NCBI RefSeq assembly: GCF_003945235.1
Contig: NZ_RSDW01000001.1
Coordinates: 2,430,001-2,462,000 of the forward strand
Length of the DNA stretch: 32,000 bases
Origin: Edaphobacter aggregans
Lineage (GTDB): Bacteria; Acidobacteriota; Terriglobia; Terriglobales; Acidobacteriaceae
Direction: 5' to 3'
Shown here: positions 1 through 8,206 of the stretch, one piece after another
Numbering within the stretch: the first letter of the stretch is position 1
How the letters are laid out: each line of letters starts with the position of its first letter
Notes under the pieces: model-generated
Databases searched by the model: none
What the model was told of the DNA's origin: nothing
What the model saw: the letters and a program-made list of their open reading frames with translations, nothing else
Translations under genes and position numbers: made by a program

Positions 1-1239
1 TATGCCTTGTCTGGAACCGGTGATCACCCCAATTCAACCTTCATCCCCGTGGCAGGCGTTCCAGAGGATCTGACCACCGTCACTGTTGAAGGCCAGCACC
101 CTGGTGGATGGATCAACAGCCAGACTCCTACGGTAGATTTTTCCAGCCAGCCGCCGGACCTCTCCACTCTTGTGCCTGCTCTACCCGGACAAAGCAGCTT
201 TGTGCCAGCGCCTATACAGAGCATCACTTACGGCACAGCTCTTGCCTCAGCCGTTCCTCAACCCTCTCCAAAACTGCCCATCGCCACCGATACTGTTCTG
301 ACAAATTCTGTCTCCTGCCCAACGTCGGCCGCACCCACCACGCCTGCGGCTTCTGTCTTCACTGCGTCTTCACAAATCTCCTTTCCTACAGACGGCCAGT
401 ATCTCCTTCACTATTTCGCCCAGGACTGCGCCGGAACCGAAGAGCTCAAATTCACTCAGGACGCAAACTTCAGCTGGTCGACGTCTTTTTACACGGTCCC
501 AATCAACATAGACACCGTGGCTCCCACCGTATCCAGCCTGAAGTTTTCTCTCGCACCGTCCACCAATAGCGGGGTTGCGAACTCCTACACGCTGGGCGAG
601 CAAGTCACCGTGACGTATAGCTGTAAGGACGACCGGTCCGGAATCGTCACGTGCGGCACAGCAACCTTTGCCCCGGGAACCACCTTGAACACCGGCCCCA
701 TTACCAACACGGTGGATACCTCAAGCCCCGGTATCAAGACGTTTCTCGCCAACGTAGTCGACGCCGCTGGAAATCACACGTCTGCTTCGGCAACATACCA
801 GGTCGTTGCTCCCGCGGTAAATCTTGTCATAGCTAAAGTCGCACCGCTCCTGGTACGTCACAATGACTCGTTTACGTATGACATCGCTGCGGCCAATCTC
901 GGCGACACCACGGCCTCAAAGGTTGTCGTGACCGACCCACTCCCTGCCGGCGTCACATTCCTCAGCGCCACCGCACAGGTCTTTGCCTGCGACTTGAGAG
1001 GTTGCACAATCCCCTCAGCGAATGCCCACTGCTCGTTTGCGAGCAATACTGTCAGCTGTGATGCAAATACACTAGCTCCTTCGAAATTGTTACGCTTCTC
1101 CGCGCTGGTCATTCAGATTGTCGTTCGAGCCGACGCATCCAAAGGAACGGTGATAAAGAATACCGCGAGTGTAAGTAGCGCCAATCCCGATTCGCACCCG
1201 GGCAACAACCAGTCGACAGCAAGCACACTGGTACGGTGA
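1..1239 (+). CDS. Surface/secreted protein, C-terminal part (5' end lies outside the window): Ig-like repeat region followed by a DUF11-type conserved repeat domain
   Basis: Frame 1 is open from base 1, and the track start at 7 is only a TTG. It stops at TGA 1237-1239. The protein is rich in Thr/Ser/Pro. It contains 'IDTVAPTVSS', typical of bacterial Ig-like/HYR-type domains. The C-terminal 'VNLVIAKVAP...FTYDIAAANLGDTTASKVVVTDPLPAGVTFLSATA' matches the DUF11 repeat pattern. Confidence 0.55.
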   Translation, partial: YALSGTGDHPNSTFIPVAGVPEDLTTVTVEGQHPGGWINSQTPTVDFSSQPPDLSTLVPALPGQSSFVPAPIQSITYGTALASAVPQPSPKLPIATDTVLTNSVSCPTSAAPTTPAASVFTASSQISFPTDGQYLLHYFAQDCAGTEELKFTQDANFSWSTSFYTVPINIDTVAPTVSSLKFSLAPSTNSGVANSYTLGEQVTVTYSCKDDRSGIVTCGTATFAPGTTLNTGPITNTVDTSSPGIKTFLANVVDAAGNHTSASATYQVVAPAVNLVIAKVAPLLVRHNDSFTYDIAAANLGDTTASKVVVTDPLPAGVTFLSATAQVFACDLRGCTIPSANAHCSFASNTVSCDANTLAPSKLLRFSALVIQIVVRADASKGTVIKNTASVSSANPDSHPGNNQSTASTLVR

Positions 1240-1248
1240 CTCGCTTGG

Positions 1249-1287
1249 GCAAGGCAGTGAAAGTACTTACATCTTCCACTGCCTTGC
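1249..1287. terminator. Hairpin between convergent genes (possible bidirectional terminator)
   Basis: A perfect 11-bp inverted repeat pairs gcaaggcagtg (1249-1259) with cactgccttgc (1277-1287), leaving a 17-nt loop. It starts 10 nt after the upstream stop. Its right arm lies inside the last codons of the kinase gene. There is no U-tract on either side, so it is not a canonical intrinsic terminator. Confidence 0.35.
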
Positions 1288-4200
1288 GTCATCATAGATC
1301 GTCTTGAGATCGGCGCGATGCAGAACGTTCTCTGCGCCGGGATCCGCTCGAATTGCATCGAGCAACCGTAAGGTCTCGCCGTAGTAGTACGAACTGCGCC
1401 CCTTCTCCGCAGTACCGCGGAGTCTCATCGACGTACCCAGCAGATAGTTGATTCTGGCCGAATCGAGCCGCGTTCCGGCCTTCTCCGATCGAACTAAGCT
1501 CTGCTCCAGATCGCGCTCGGCCTTAGCATAATCTCCGGTATCGACTTCAGCTTGAGCGTTCGCGATCGCGCGTTGCAGCGACAGATAAGCGTTCGCCGTG
1601 TCACTCGAATTCAGTGGCCGTAACATGCCGAGCGCTTCTTTCGGATGATCCTGGGCCATCGCCATTCTTGCCACATTCAATTTTGACAACACAAGCGTGT
1701 CATTATCCTTGGCGTGGGCACTCAACGCCAGGGCTGATTTGTAGAACTGATCGGCGCTTTTAATATCTCCTCGATAGAACGCCACATCGCCTCTTGTATT
1801 CAAAATCTGCGCTATCAGCGCATCGTTCTTCACCTCACGCGCAATGGCCTCCGCCTCATCCAAGGGCTTGGAAGATTCGTCTCCTCTGCCGGCCCTTGCC
1901 AGAGCGCCAGCCAGATCATTCAGAAGTATCGCCATATCGCTGCCATGTTCTCCACGGTCACGTAAAGTTTTCGTGCTCTCCTGCATCGATTTCACCGCCG
2001 CTCCGAACCGTCCCTGGTATTCAAATACCAGACCGATCTGGTGCGACAGCAGAGCCGTTTGACGAGCATCCCCAACCTGACGAGAGAGCTCCAACCCCCG
2101 CATCAACGATGTGAGTGCAGCATCGTACTGGCCTGTCTGGGTGTAGGCCTCGGCCAGCCCCCCCAGCGTCTCCGAGATACGTGCGGAAACACCCAACTTC
2201 TCCCGCAACTGCAAAGCCTGCTGGTAGTACGTGAAGGCATTGTCGGTATCGCTCTTGGCCAGGTACACATCAGCAATGTTGTACAGACAAAGGGCTTCGT
2301 AGTTCTGGTCGCCAGTCTCCCGCTGGATCTGTAGCGCTTCCTTGTACCTCTGGAGCGCCTGATCGTACTCCCCGCGATCCTGGTAGACGACGCCTATGTC
2401 GACCAGGGTGTCCCCGGCCTCCTTCTTCATCCCGATCTCGCGCAGCAGCGCCAACGCTTTATTGAAGTCAGTCAGCGCAACGTCCGTATTCCCTCTCTGC
2501 GCCTGGAGATTCGCTACTTCGGCCAGTGCAGCGGCCACTCCCCGCTTCTGACCGATCTTCTCGTTGATCGCAATCGACTCTTCGAAATTGCGAAGAGCCT
2601 CCTCCGGATTATTCAGCTTCTTGTACGAAATTCCCATGGAAAGCAATATCAGCGCCTTCTGTTCCTGGTTGTCTACCTGGGTCGCCAGATTCAATCCTTT
2701 GCTGAGCGAATCAAGCGCGGCTTGAGGATTTCCGAAAAATAAAGCCTCCACGACTCCCATCTGCCAGAGCGCTTTGATGTTCTTCGGATCAGCCTGCAAA
2801 ATCTTCGAGAACATATCTCGCGCCTTGGCATAGTCACCGGTCGCGATATACAAGCCGCCGAGGTTGTATTGAACATCCACGTCGCTTGGCCAGCTCGCCG
2901 CTAAATTCTTGTAAGCCTCAATCGCCTGTTTATTGTCCTTGATGATGCGAGCATGATTCGCGGTAATGAGATATTTCTCCGGCAGCGGCAGGTCTTCGCT
3001 GCTGGCAAGCTCCGTTGCCCTGCGCGACGATTGCTCCGCATCACTCTCAAAGCCAAGCTCCGACTGCACCTCGGCCAGTCTCGACAAAGCCAGGGCAAAC
3101 TGCGGATCGTCCTTGGTAGCGACCTGAAAGCTCTTGTACGCATCCAGGTTCTTACCTTCGCGCATCAACGCAAGGCCCTCGTTATAGTTACGCAACGCCT
3201 CCACTGACGTGGAGTTCGGCTTGAAGGATTGGGCTTTTAGCTCCTGTAACACATCCGGCGAAAGCGACAGATTCTTCCGCACTGAATCCGCGAGACTGTC
3301 GATCGCTGTCGGTAGATCTTTCGCGAGCGCCTGCGCTTTCACAGCGACACTTTGCCCACGCTTGATGTCCCGGATCGTGGCATCGATCACAATTTGATCG
3401 CCAAACCGCGCGTACTGCCCTGAAACAACAATGTCCGCGTTGCTGAACTGTGCCACGCGCCGCACCGTATCGGGATCGATCACTGTATCCGGGCCAATAC
3501 GAAGATCCGAAAGCACCTGATGAAGACGATCCGTCGAAACCGTGCGCAGGTGGGCCGATTGGCCGATGTCCGTGCTCAGCATGTCAGCGACACTTGCTCC
3601 GATCCACGCGTCGTTCGCATCTCCCGAAGAGTTACGGAACGGAAGAATCGCCAGCGACATCCCCTGGACTGCGGCTCCCAACTCTTTCGACGTCGGACTG
3701 GCCGATTTCGAATTGACGCCGACATATCCTGCAATACCAAATACCAAAGCAAGAGCAGCCGCGCCCCACAGCCACCATCGCTTTTCCCATAACCACATCG
3801 ACAGAACCGGCTGACGCCGCGTGGCCTGCGAGGTCACCATGCTTACCACGCCTTTGCGTTGCCATAACTCAAGATCGGCGAGGACCTCCGTTACGCTCTG
3901 ATATCTGAATTCCACCTCGCGCTCCAGGCATCGAGCCACGATCTGATCCAGCGGGCCGGAGATGTTGCTCGTGCACTGGGATAGCGGCATCGCCCGCTCC
4001 TGAGTCCGACGAATCAGACTCGCCAATGCGGTGTCGGCGCGGAAAGGCGACTCTCCACTTAGAAGTTCGTAAAAGATCAGGCCGAGCGAATAGATATCCG
4101 ACCGCTGATCCAGACTCTTCGACAGCGCCTGTTCTGGAGACATGTACTCCATCGTGCCCACCAGCGCGCCCGACATCGTCATGCCGTCGCCTTCAAGCGT

Positions 4201-4908
4201 GCGGGCCAATCCAAAATCCATCACCAGAATGCGGCCGTTCTGGTCCCGCATAATGTTCTGCGGCTTAAGATCACGATGAATGACGCCGACGCTGTGTGCC
4301 GCATCCAATGCACGGCATACCTGCGCGATGATATCGACGACCTCATCCGGCGGAAGCTTCCCTCGCTCATAGATGATCGTGCGCAGGTCCTTCCCCTCGA
4401 TGTACTCCATCGTGATGAACTTCATCCGATCCGATTCACCCAGATCGAAGATGCGGACGACATTCCGATGGGTCACCTGCGTGGACAGGATCAGCTCCTG
4501 CTTGAAGCGCTCGACGATGGCCAGGTTTCCGCCAAGTTCGTGGCGTATCGTCTTCAGAGCAATCGTTCGGTTCAGCTCAAGATCTTTCGCTTTATAGACG
4601 GCCCCCATGCCGCCTTCGCCGAGCAACGCGACAATTTCATATCTGTGTGCCACCACAGATCCAACCTCAAGGATGGGCTGCCCTCCCGTACCTGGATAGC
4701 TCCGTGGTCCATCCTGCGAAAGGCGCGAGCCCCCATAGGTCTGACTCGATTCCTTGTATCTCTCAGCATCTGGCGCGCCGAACAACGTAGGCGCATCGCT
4801 CGACAACTCCCCTGCAGACGAACTCTCCCCTTTCAGGGGAGTGCGCACACCACGATCTCCCGCTTTCGAGGGATCATGTTTCGGGGGAAATGGTCCGTAG
4901 TCCTCCAT
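1267..4908 (-). CDS. Membrane Ser/Thr protein kinase with periplasmic sensor-like domain and long TPR repeat region
   Basis: Hanks kinase motifs are present: 'LGEGGMGAVYKAKD' (Gly loop plus Lys), 'HRDLKPQNIM' (catalytic loop), 'MDFGLAR' and 'GTMEYMSPEQ'. A single TM follows ('WWLWGAAALALVFGIAGYVGV'). Next comes an 'LAILPFRNSSGD...' alpha/beta domain, then about 650 aa of TPR-like repeats. The ORF is open to 4944, but ATG at 4908 (MEDYGPF...) is the more likely start. Confidence 0.9.
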   Translation of the reverse strand: MEDYGPFPPKHDPSKAGDRGVRTPLKGESSSAGELSSDAPTLFGAPDAERYKESSQTYGGSRLSQDGPRSYPGTGGQPILEVGSVVAHRYEIVALLGEGGMGAVYKAKDLELNRTIALKTIRHELGGNLAIVERFKQELILSTQVTHRNVVRIFDLGESDRMKFITMEYIEGKDLRTIIYERGKLPPDEVVDIIAQVCRALDAAHSVGVIHRDLKPQNIMRDQNGRILVMDFGLARTLEGDGMTMSGALVGTMEYMSPEQALSKSLDQRSDIYSLGLIFYELLSGESPFRADTALASLIRRTQERAMPLSQCTSNISGPLDQIVARCLEREVEFRYQSVTEVLADLELWQRKGVVSMVTSQATRRQPVLSMWLWEKRWWLWGAAALALVFGIAGYVGVNSKSASPTSKELGAAVQGMSLAILPFRNSSGDANDAWIGASVADMLSTDIGQSAHLRTVSTDRLHQVLSDLRIGPDTVIDPDTVRRVAQFSNADIVVSGQYARFGDQIVIDATIRDIKRGQSVAVKAQALAKDLPTAIDSLADSVRKNLSLSPDVLQELKAQSFKPNSTSVEALRNYNEGLALMREGKNLDAYKSFQVATKDDPQFALALSRLAEVQSELGFESDAEQSSRRATELASSEDLPLPEKYLITANHARIIKDNKQAIEAYKNLAASWPSDVDVQYNLGGLYIATGDYAKARDMFSKILQADPKNIKALWQMGVVEALFFGNPQAALDSLSKGLNLATQVDNQEQKALILLSMGISYKKLNNPEEALRNFEESIAINEKIGQKRGVAAALAEVANLQAQRGNTDVALTDFNKALALLREIGMKKEAGDTLVDIGVVYQDRGEYDQALQRYKEALQIQRETGDQNYEALCLYNIADVYLAKSDTDNAFTYYQQALQLREKLGVSARISETLGGLAEAYTQTGQYDAALTSLMRGLELSRQVGDARQTALLSHQIGLVFEYQGRFGAAVKSMQESTKTLRDRGEHGSDMAILLNDLAGALARAGRGDESSKPLDEAEAIAREVKNDALIAQILNTRGDVAFYRGDIKSADQFYKSALALSAHAKDNDTLVLSKLNVARMAMAQDHPKEALGMLRPLNSSDTANAYLSLQRAIANAQAEVDTGDYAKAERDLEQSLVRSEKAGTRLDSARINYLLGTSMRLRGTAEKGRSSYYYGETLRLLDAIRADPGAENVLHRADLKTIYDDARQWKM

Positions 4909-5118
4909 GGTTCGGCACCCGACCGCTGGAAACCAAGCGTGCACTTAAAGCCACAAGAATGTGGTTTGTAAGGCGAGTATACAGTGTGGAAATCTTTGTG
5001 TCAGTAGATGTTCCGAGAGCTACATAAGTCATTTTTCAAACCGAACCGACAGCAATCATCCAATTTTCTGGCAACAAAGAAAGCAGTTTCTCTCGATGCG
5101 GGACCGCCCCGAAGAAAT

Positions 5119-5127
5119 TGATAGTAT
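5119..5127 (+). promoter_or_regulatory. Candidate extended -10 promoter element (TGaTAGTAT) for the efflux operon
   Basis: The sequence 'tgatagtat' sits in the relatively AT-rich 4945-5140 divergent spacer, 15-70 nt upstream of the candidate starts of the outer-membrane factor gene. I found no convincing -35. This is pattern matching only. Confidence 0.2.
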
Positions 5128-5189
5128 GAAGAATCGCCGTTTTGGGAACGTGGATTGGCAGCGTAGCAAAAATGTTACGAGACTGGACA

Positions 5190-6716
5190 ATGCGCTCAAG
5201 CGGCACCGAACTCAGTAACCTGGGAAACAAATCCACGTATGGTCCGGAACCACTTCGATTCAGGCTGCTTATCCTGTCTTTGGCCCTGATCGCAGGGTCG
5301 GCAGCAACAGGACTGGGACAATGCGCTGGAGTCGCCTCCACTCCTGGTTCGGCAGCCGATTGCGTTGCCCATGCCACTCCACAAGAAAAGACCGTAACCC
5401 TCGACGCCACACACTCTTACTCGCTGGCCGAGCTCATCGACATCGCCGAACACAACAATCCGCACACTCGCATTGTGTGGGAACGCGCCAAACAGAAGGC
5501 CGATGAACTCGGAATCGCAAGGAGCGCCTACTTTCCAGTTTTGGCCGCCGCGGCTGCCTTTGGAGATCAACGGATCATCAATCCCTTTCCGAAGCCGCTG
5601 GCTCCACGCGGTTATGTCATGGTTGAGATACCGGCGGTAGTCCCTGAGGTTACGCTCGAGTATCTGATCTTCGACTTCGGCAAGCGCGAAGCAAAGGTGG
5701 ATGCAGCGACCGCCGAAAAGCTGGCAGCCAGTGCGAACTTCATCCAGGCGAACCAGGAGGTGGCCTTCCGTGTGGCCAGCTCTTACTACAAGCTTCTGAC
5801 CGCACAGGAGCGTCTGCAAGCCGCACAGGAGACGCTCAAGACCGCGCAAACGACACAGGACGCCGCCGAAACGCAACTGAAGAACGGACGCTCGACGCTA
5901 CCCGATGTGTTGAATGCCCGGGCCGAAACGTCGCAAGCCGTCTTCGATATGGAATCAGCCGACGGCGACGAGAAAATTGCGCGTGTTGCGTTGACGGAGG
6001 TGATCGGCGTCGAACCATCACCGAACATCACAATCGACGCGCAGAAGAGCGCTCCGCTGCCTGAGTCCTTGACCATGTCCATCGATGCGCTGATCGATCG
6101 CGCGATTGCAGACCGCCCCGATCTCATGGCGCAGGCTGCCGAGATTCGCGCGGCCGACGATGCCATCCGCGCAGCCAAAGCCGAGTACAAACCCAAGATC
6201 GTTCTGTCCGGATCTGCTGCACAGACATCGATATGGCCTACCGCCGACTACGGTCAGCTTGGAAATGCGAGTCAACCAACATGGGCAGCCACTCTGGGCG
6301 TGGAGTGGCGCATCTTTGACGGGGGGGCGCGTAAAGGCGAGGTAGCCATTGCCGAATCCAGGCGCCGCGAAGCTCAGGACGAGATGACCGAAAAGCGCGA
6401 CCAGGCCACACGCGAGGTGTGGACCGCCTACATCGCCTTCCGCACCGCACTGCGAAAGCAACAGGCTGCGGTGGCGTTGCTCGATTCGGCCAGCGCATCC
6501 TACTCCTCCTCACTCGACGCTTATAACTATGGAGTAAAGAATCTGATCGACGTTGTTACGGCTGCAAGACAGCTAGCGCAGGCGCGACTCTCAAGCGTTT
6601 CGGCCCGATCGCAGCTTTTTCTTGAGGCAGTTGATCTGGAGTTTGTTACAGGCAACCTGTTACGCACTCAGCCACCCGCGACAAAAACATCGACACAGGA
6701 CGGTCCACAACGATGA
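5190..6716 (+). CDS. Outer membrane efflux protein (TolC/OprM/MdtP-type outer membrane factor)
   Basis: It has two OEP-type repeats with long Ala/Gln-rich helical segments, for example 'SYYKLLTAQERLQAAQETLKTAQTTQDAAETQLKNGRSTLPDVLNA' and 'SSSLDAYNYGVKNLIDVVTAARQLAQARL'. There is an N-terminal signal-like 'LRFRLLILSLALIAGSAATGLGQC'. The start is uncertain: TTG 5142, ATG 5172 or ATG 5190. Confidence 0.85.
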   Translation: MRSSGTELSNLGNKSTYGPEPLRFRLLILSLALIAGSAATGLGQCAGVASTPGSAADCVAHATPQEKTVTLDATHSYSLAELIDIAEHNNPHTRIVWERAKQKADELGIARSAYFPVLAAAAAFGDQRIINPFPKPLAPRGYVMVEIPAVVPEVTLEYLIFDFGKREAKVDAATAEKLAASANFIQANQEVAFRVASSYYKLLTAQERLQAAQETLKTAQTTQDAAETQLKNGRSTLPDVLNARAETSQAVFDMESADGDEKIARVALTEVIGVEPSPNITIDAQKSAPLPESLTMSIDALIDRAIADRPDLMAQAAEIRAADDAIRAAKAEYKPKIVLSGSAAQTSIWPTADYGQLGNASQPTWAATLGVEWRIFDGGARKGEVAIAESRRREAQDEMTEKRDQATREVWTAYIAFRTALRKQQAAVALLDSASASYSSSLDAYNYGVKNLIDVVTAARQLAQARLSSVSARSQLFLEAVDLEFVTGNLLRTQPPATKTSTQDGPQR

Positions 6717-6991
6717 ACCAGAAGAAAAACGCACCAGGGACAAAGCCGCTTTGGCTCGCGACGATCTGCCTGTTGTGCAGTGGTTGCGGACGCGCGCCCT
6801 CGGTCGACGTCCTGGGATCGTTCTTCCCCGTCTGGATGGTATGTCTGACGATTGCCATAATTCTTGCATGTGGATTACGCCTTGTACTGTTACGTTATCG
6901 GCTTGAGTCGGAGATCGGCCCGGTAGCGCTCTTTTACCCAAGCGTCGTCATTCTTCTCACGAGCTTGTTGTGGCTGATCTTCTTCCGATAA
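6713..6991 (+). CDS. Small YtcA-like membrane lipoprotein accessory to FUSC-type efflux systems
   Basis: The 92-aa product has a signal ending '...LLCSGCG' (an SGC lipobox-like motif) and two further hydrophobic helices. 'VLGSFFPVWMVCLTIAIIL...LLWLIFF' resembles my recollection of E. coli YtcA, which is encoded upstream of mdtNOP. Its start ATGA overlaps the stop of the upstream gene (6713-6716). Confidence 0.55.
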   Translation: MNQKKNAPGTKPLWLATICLLCSGCGRAPSVDVLGSFFPVWMVCLTIAIILACGLRLVLLRYRLESEIGPVALFYPSVVILLTSLLWLIFFR

Positions 6992-7002
6992 AGGACAAGC
7001 AT

Positions 7003-8202
7003 ATGGATCAGGCGACTGAAACCCTCAAACGCAAGCAGCTCGGCAGATGGATCGGCATCGGCGTCTCGGTGGCTGCAGCGCTGGCATTGCTGGTCGTCAT
7101 CTTTCAGACCAATCGAAACCCACGCACGGATGACGCCAGCGTCGTGGCCAACTATATCGAGATCGCCCCGGAGGTCAGTGGGCGCCTGATTCAACTCGCT
7201 GTTAAAGACAACGCCTTCGTGAAGAAGGGTGACCTCTTATTTATTATCGATCCCCGGCCGTATGAGTACGCGCTACAGCAGGCGCTTTCAGATCAGGAAG
7301 CGCTGGAGCAGCAGATCATCGACGCCAAGCGCAGGATCGCGGCACAACAAAGCGCCGTACAGGCAGCAACCGCAGCAGTCAGTCAATCGAAGACCGGAAT
7401 CCAGACCGCCGGCAGCAGCGTGGATGTCGCAAAGGCTGCAGTTACCCGCGCACAGGCAGCCGTTCAAGCTGCCGAAGCGCAACTCAAACTCGCAACGAAC
7501 AATCTGCATCGCATTGAACCCCTATTGCAGAAACAATATGTAACGGTGGAACAAGTCGACCAGGCCAACACCGCCGTGCAGGTTGCGCAAGGCAACTACA
7601 ACGAAGCTCAGGCTTCACTGGCTCAAGCACAGGCTCAACAGACCCAGACCGTTCTACGCCAGCAAGAGGCTGATACTATGGCCGCCGAAGCACAGGCAAA
7701 GCTGGGTCAGGCAATTCACACCGTTGACACGGTCGATACATTGATGTCGCAGCGCCCGGCAAAGGCTTCAAAGGTCGAAGCCGCCAGGCTCGATCTGGAA
7801 CGCACGCGAGTCCTCTCTCCATTCGATGCTTATGTAACGAACATGAACATCTCTGAGGGTGCCTACGCTCGTCCCGGCGCTCCTATATTCACGCTGATCG
7901 ATACACGAACCTGGTATGTGATCGCAAACTATCGCGAGTCCAAGCTGAAGAACGTTCGCGTGGGTACGCCGGTGGATGTTTTTCTCATGGGGCATCCAGA
8001 CAGGCGATTCAGCGGCGTGGTCGAGAGCATCGGATACGGCGTATTTCCAGAAGAGGGCAGAGTAACAGGAGGTTTGCCGCAGATCGGGCGAACCCTCAAC
8101 TGGGTGCATTTATCCACACGATTCCCAGTTCGCATACGCGTCGAAGATCCGGACCCCGCGCTATTCCGGATTGGAGCGACCGCCGTAACGGTGGTGAGAT
8201 AG
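7003..8202 (+). CDS. HlyD-family membrane fusion (periplasmic adaptor) protein, MdtN/AaeA/EmrA-like
   Basis: It has an N-terminal TM ('WIGIGVSVAAALALLVVIF'). A lipoyl-like 'GDLLFIIDPRPY' is followed by a long Ala/Gln coiled-coil hairpin, and then 'LERTRVLSPFDAYVTNMNISEGAYARPGAPIFTLID'. ATG 7003 is preferred over TTG 6970 because 6970 would overlap the preceding gene. Confidence 0.85.
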   Translation: MDQATETLKRKQLGRWIGIGVSVAAALALLVVIFQTNRNPRTDDASVVANYIEIAPEVSGRLIQLAVKDNAFVKKGDLLFIIDPRPYEYALQQALSDQEALEQQIIDAKRRIAAQQSAVQAATAAVSQSKTGIQTAGSSVDVAKAAVTRAQAAVQAAEAQLKLATNNLHRIEPLLQKQYVTVEQVDQANTAVQVAQGNYNEAQASLAQAQAQQTQTVLRQQEADTMAAEAQAKLGQAIHTVDTVDTLMSQRPAKASKVEAARLDLERTRVLSPFDAYVTNMNISEGAYARPGAPIFTLIDTRTWYVIANYRESKLKNVRVGTPVDVFLMGHPDRRFSGVVESIGYGVFPEEGRVTGGLPQIGRTLNWVHLSTRFPVRIRVEDPDPALFRIGATAVTVVR

Positions 8203-8206
8203 CCGA

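Noticed and set aside
1267-4944. Kinase-TPR protein considered as a STAND/defence-type NTPase
   Set aside because: There is no P-loop/NB-ARC motif between the kinase and the TPR region. A TM helix and a periplasmic-type domain are present instead. It fits a conventional membrane sensor kinase.
4276-4971. 231-aa plus-strand ORF antisense to the kinase domain (with similar smaller ORFs across 1794-4597)
   Set aside because: The opposite strand encodes canonical Hanks kinase motifs. The antisense translations have no recognisable features.
5196-5876. 226-aa minus-strand ORF antisense to the outer membrane factor gene
   Set aside because: It has no motifs, and the opposite strand has the OEP repeat pattern and operon context.
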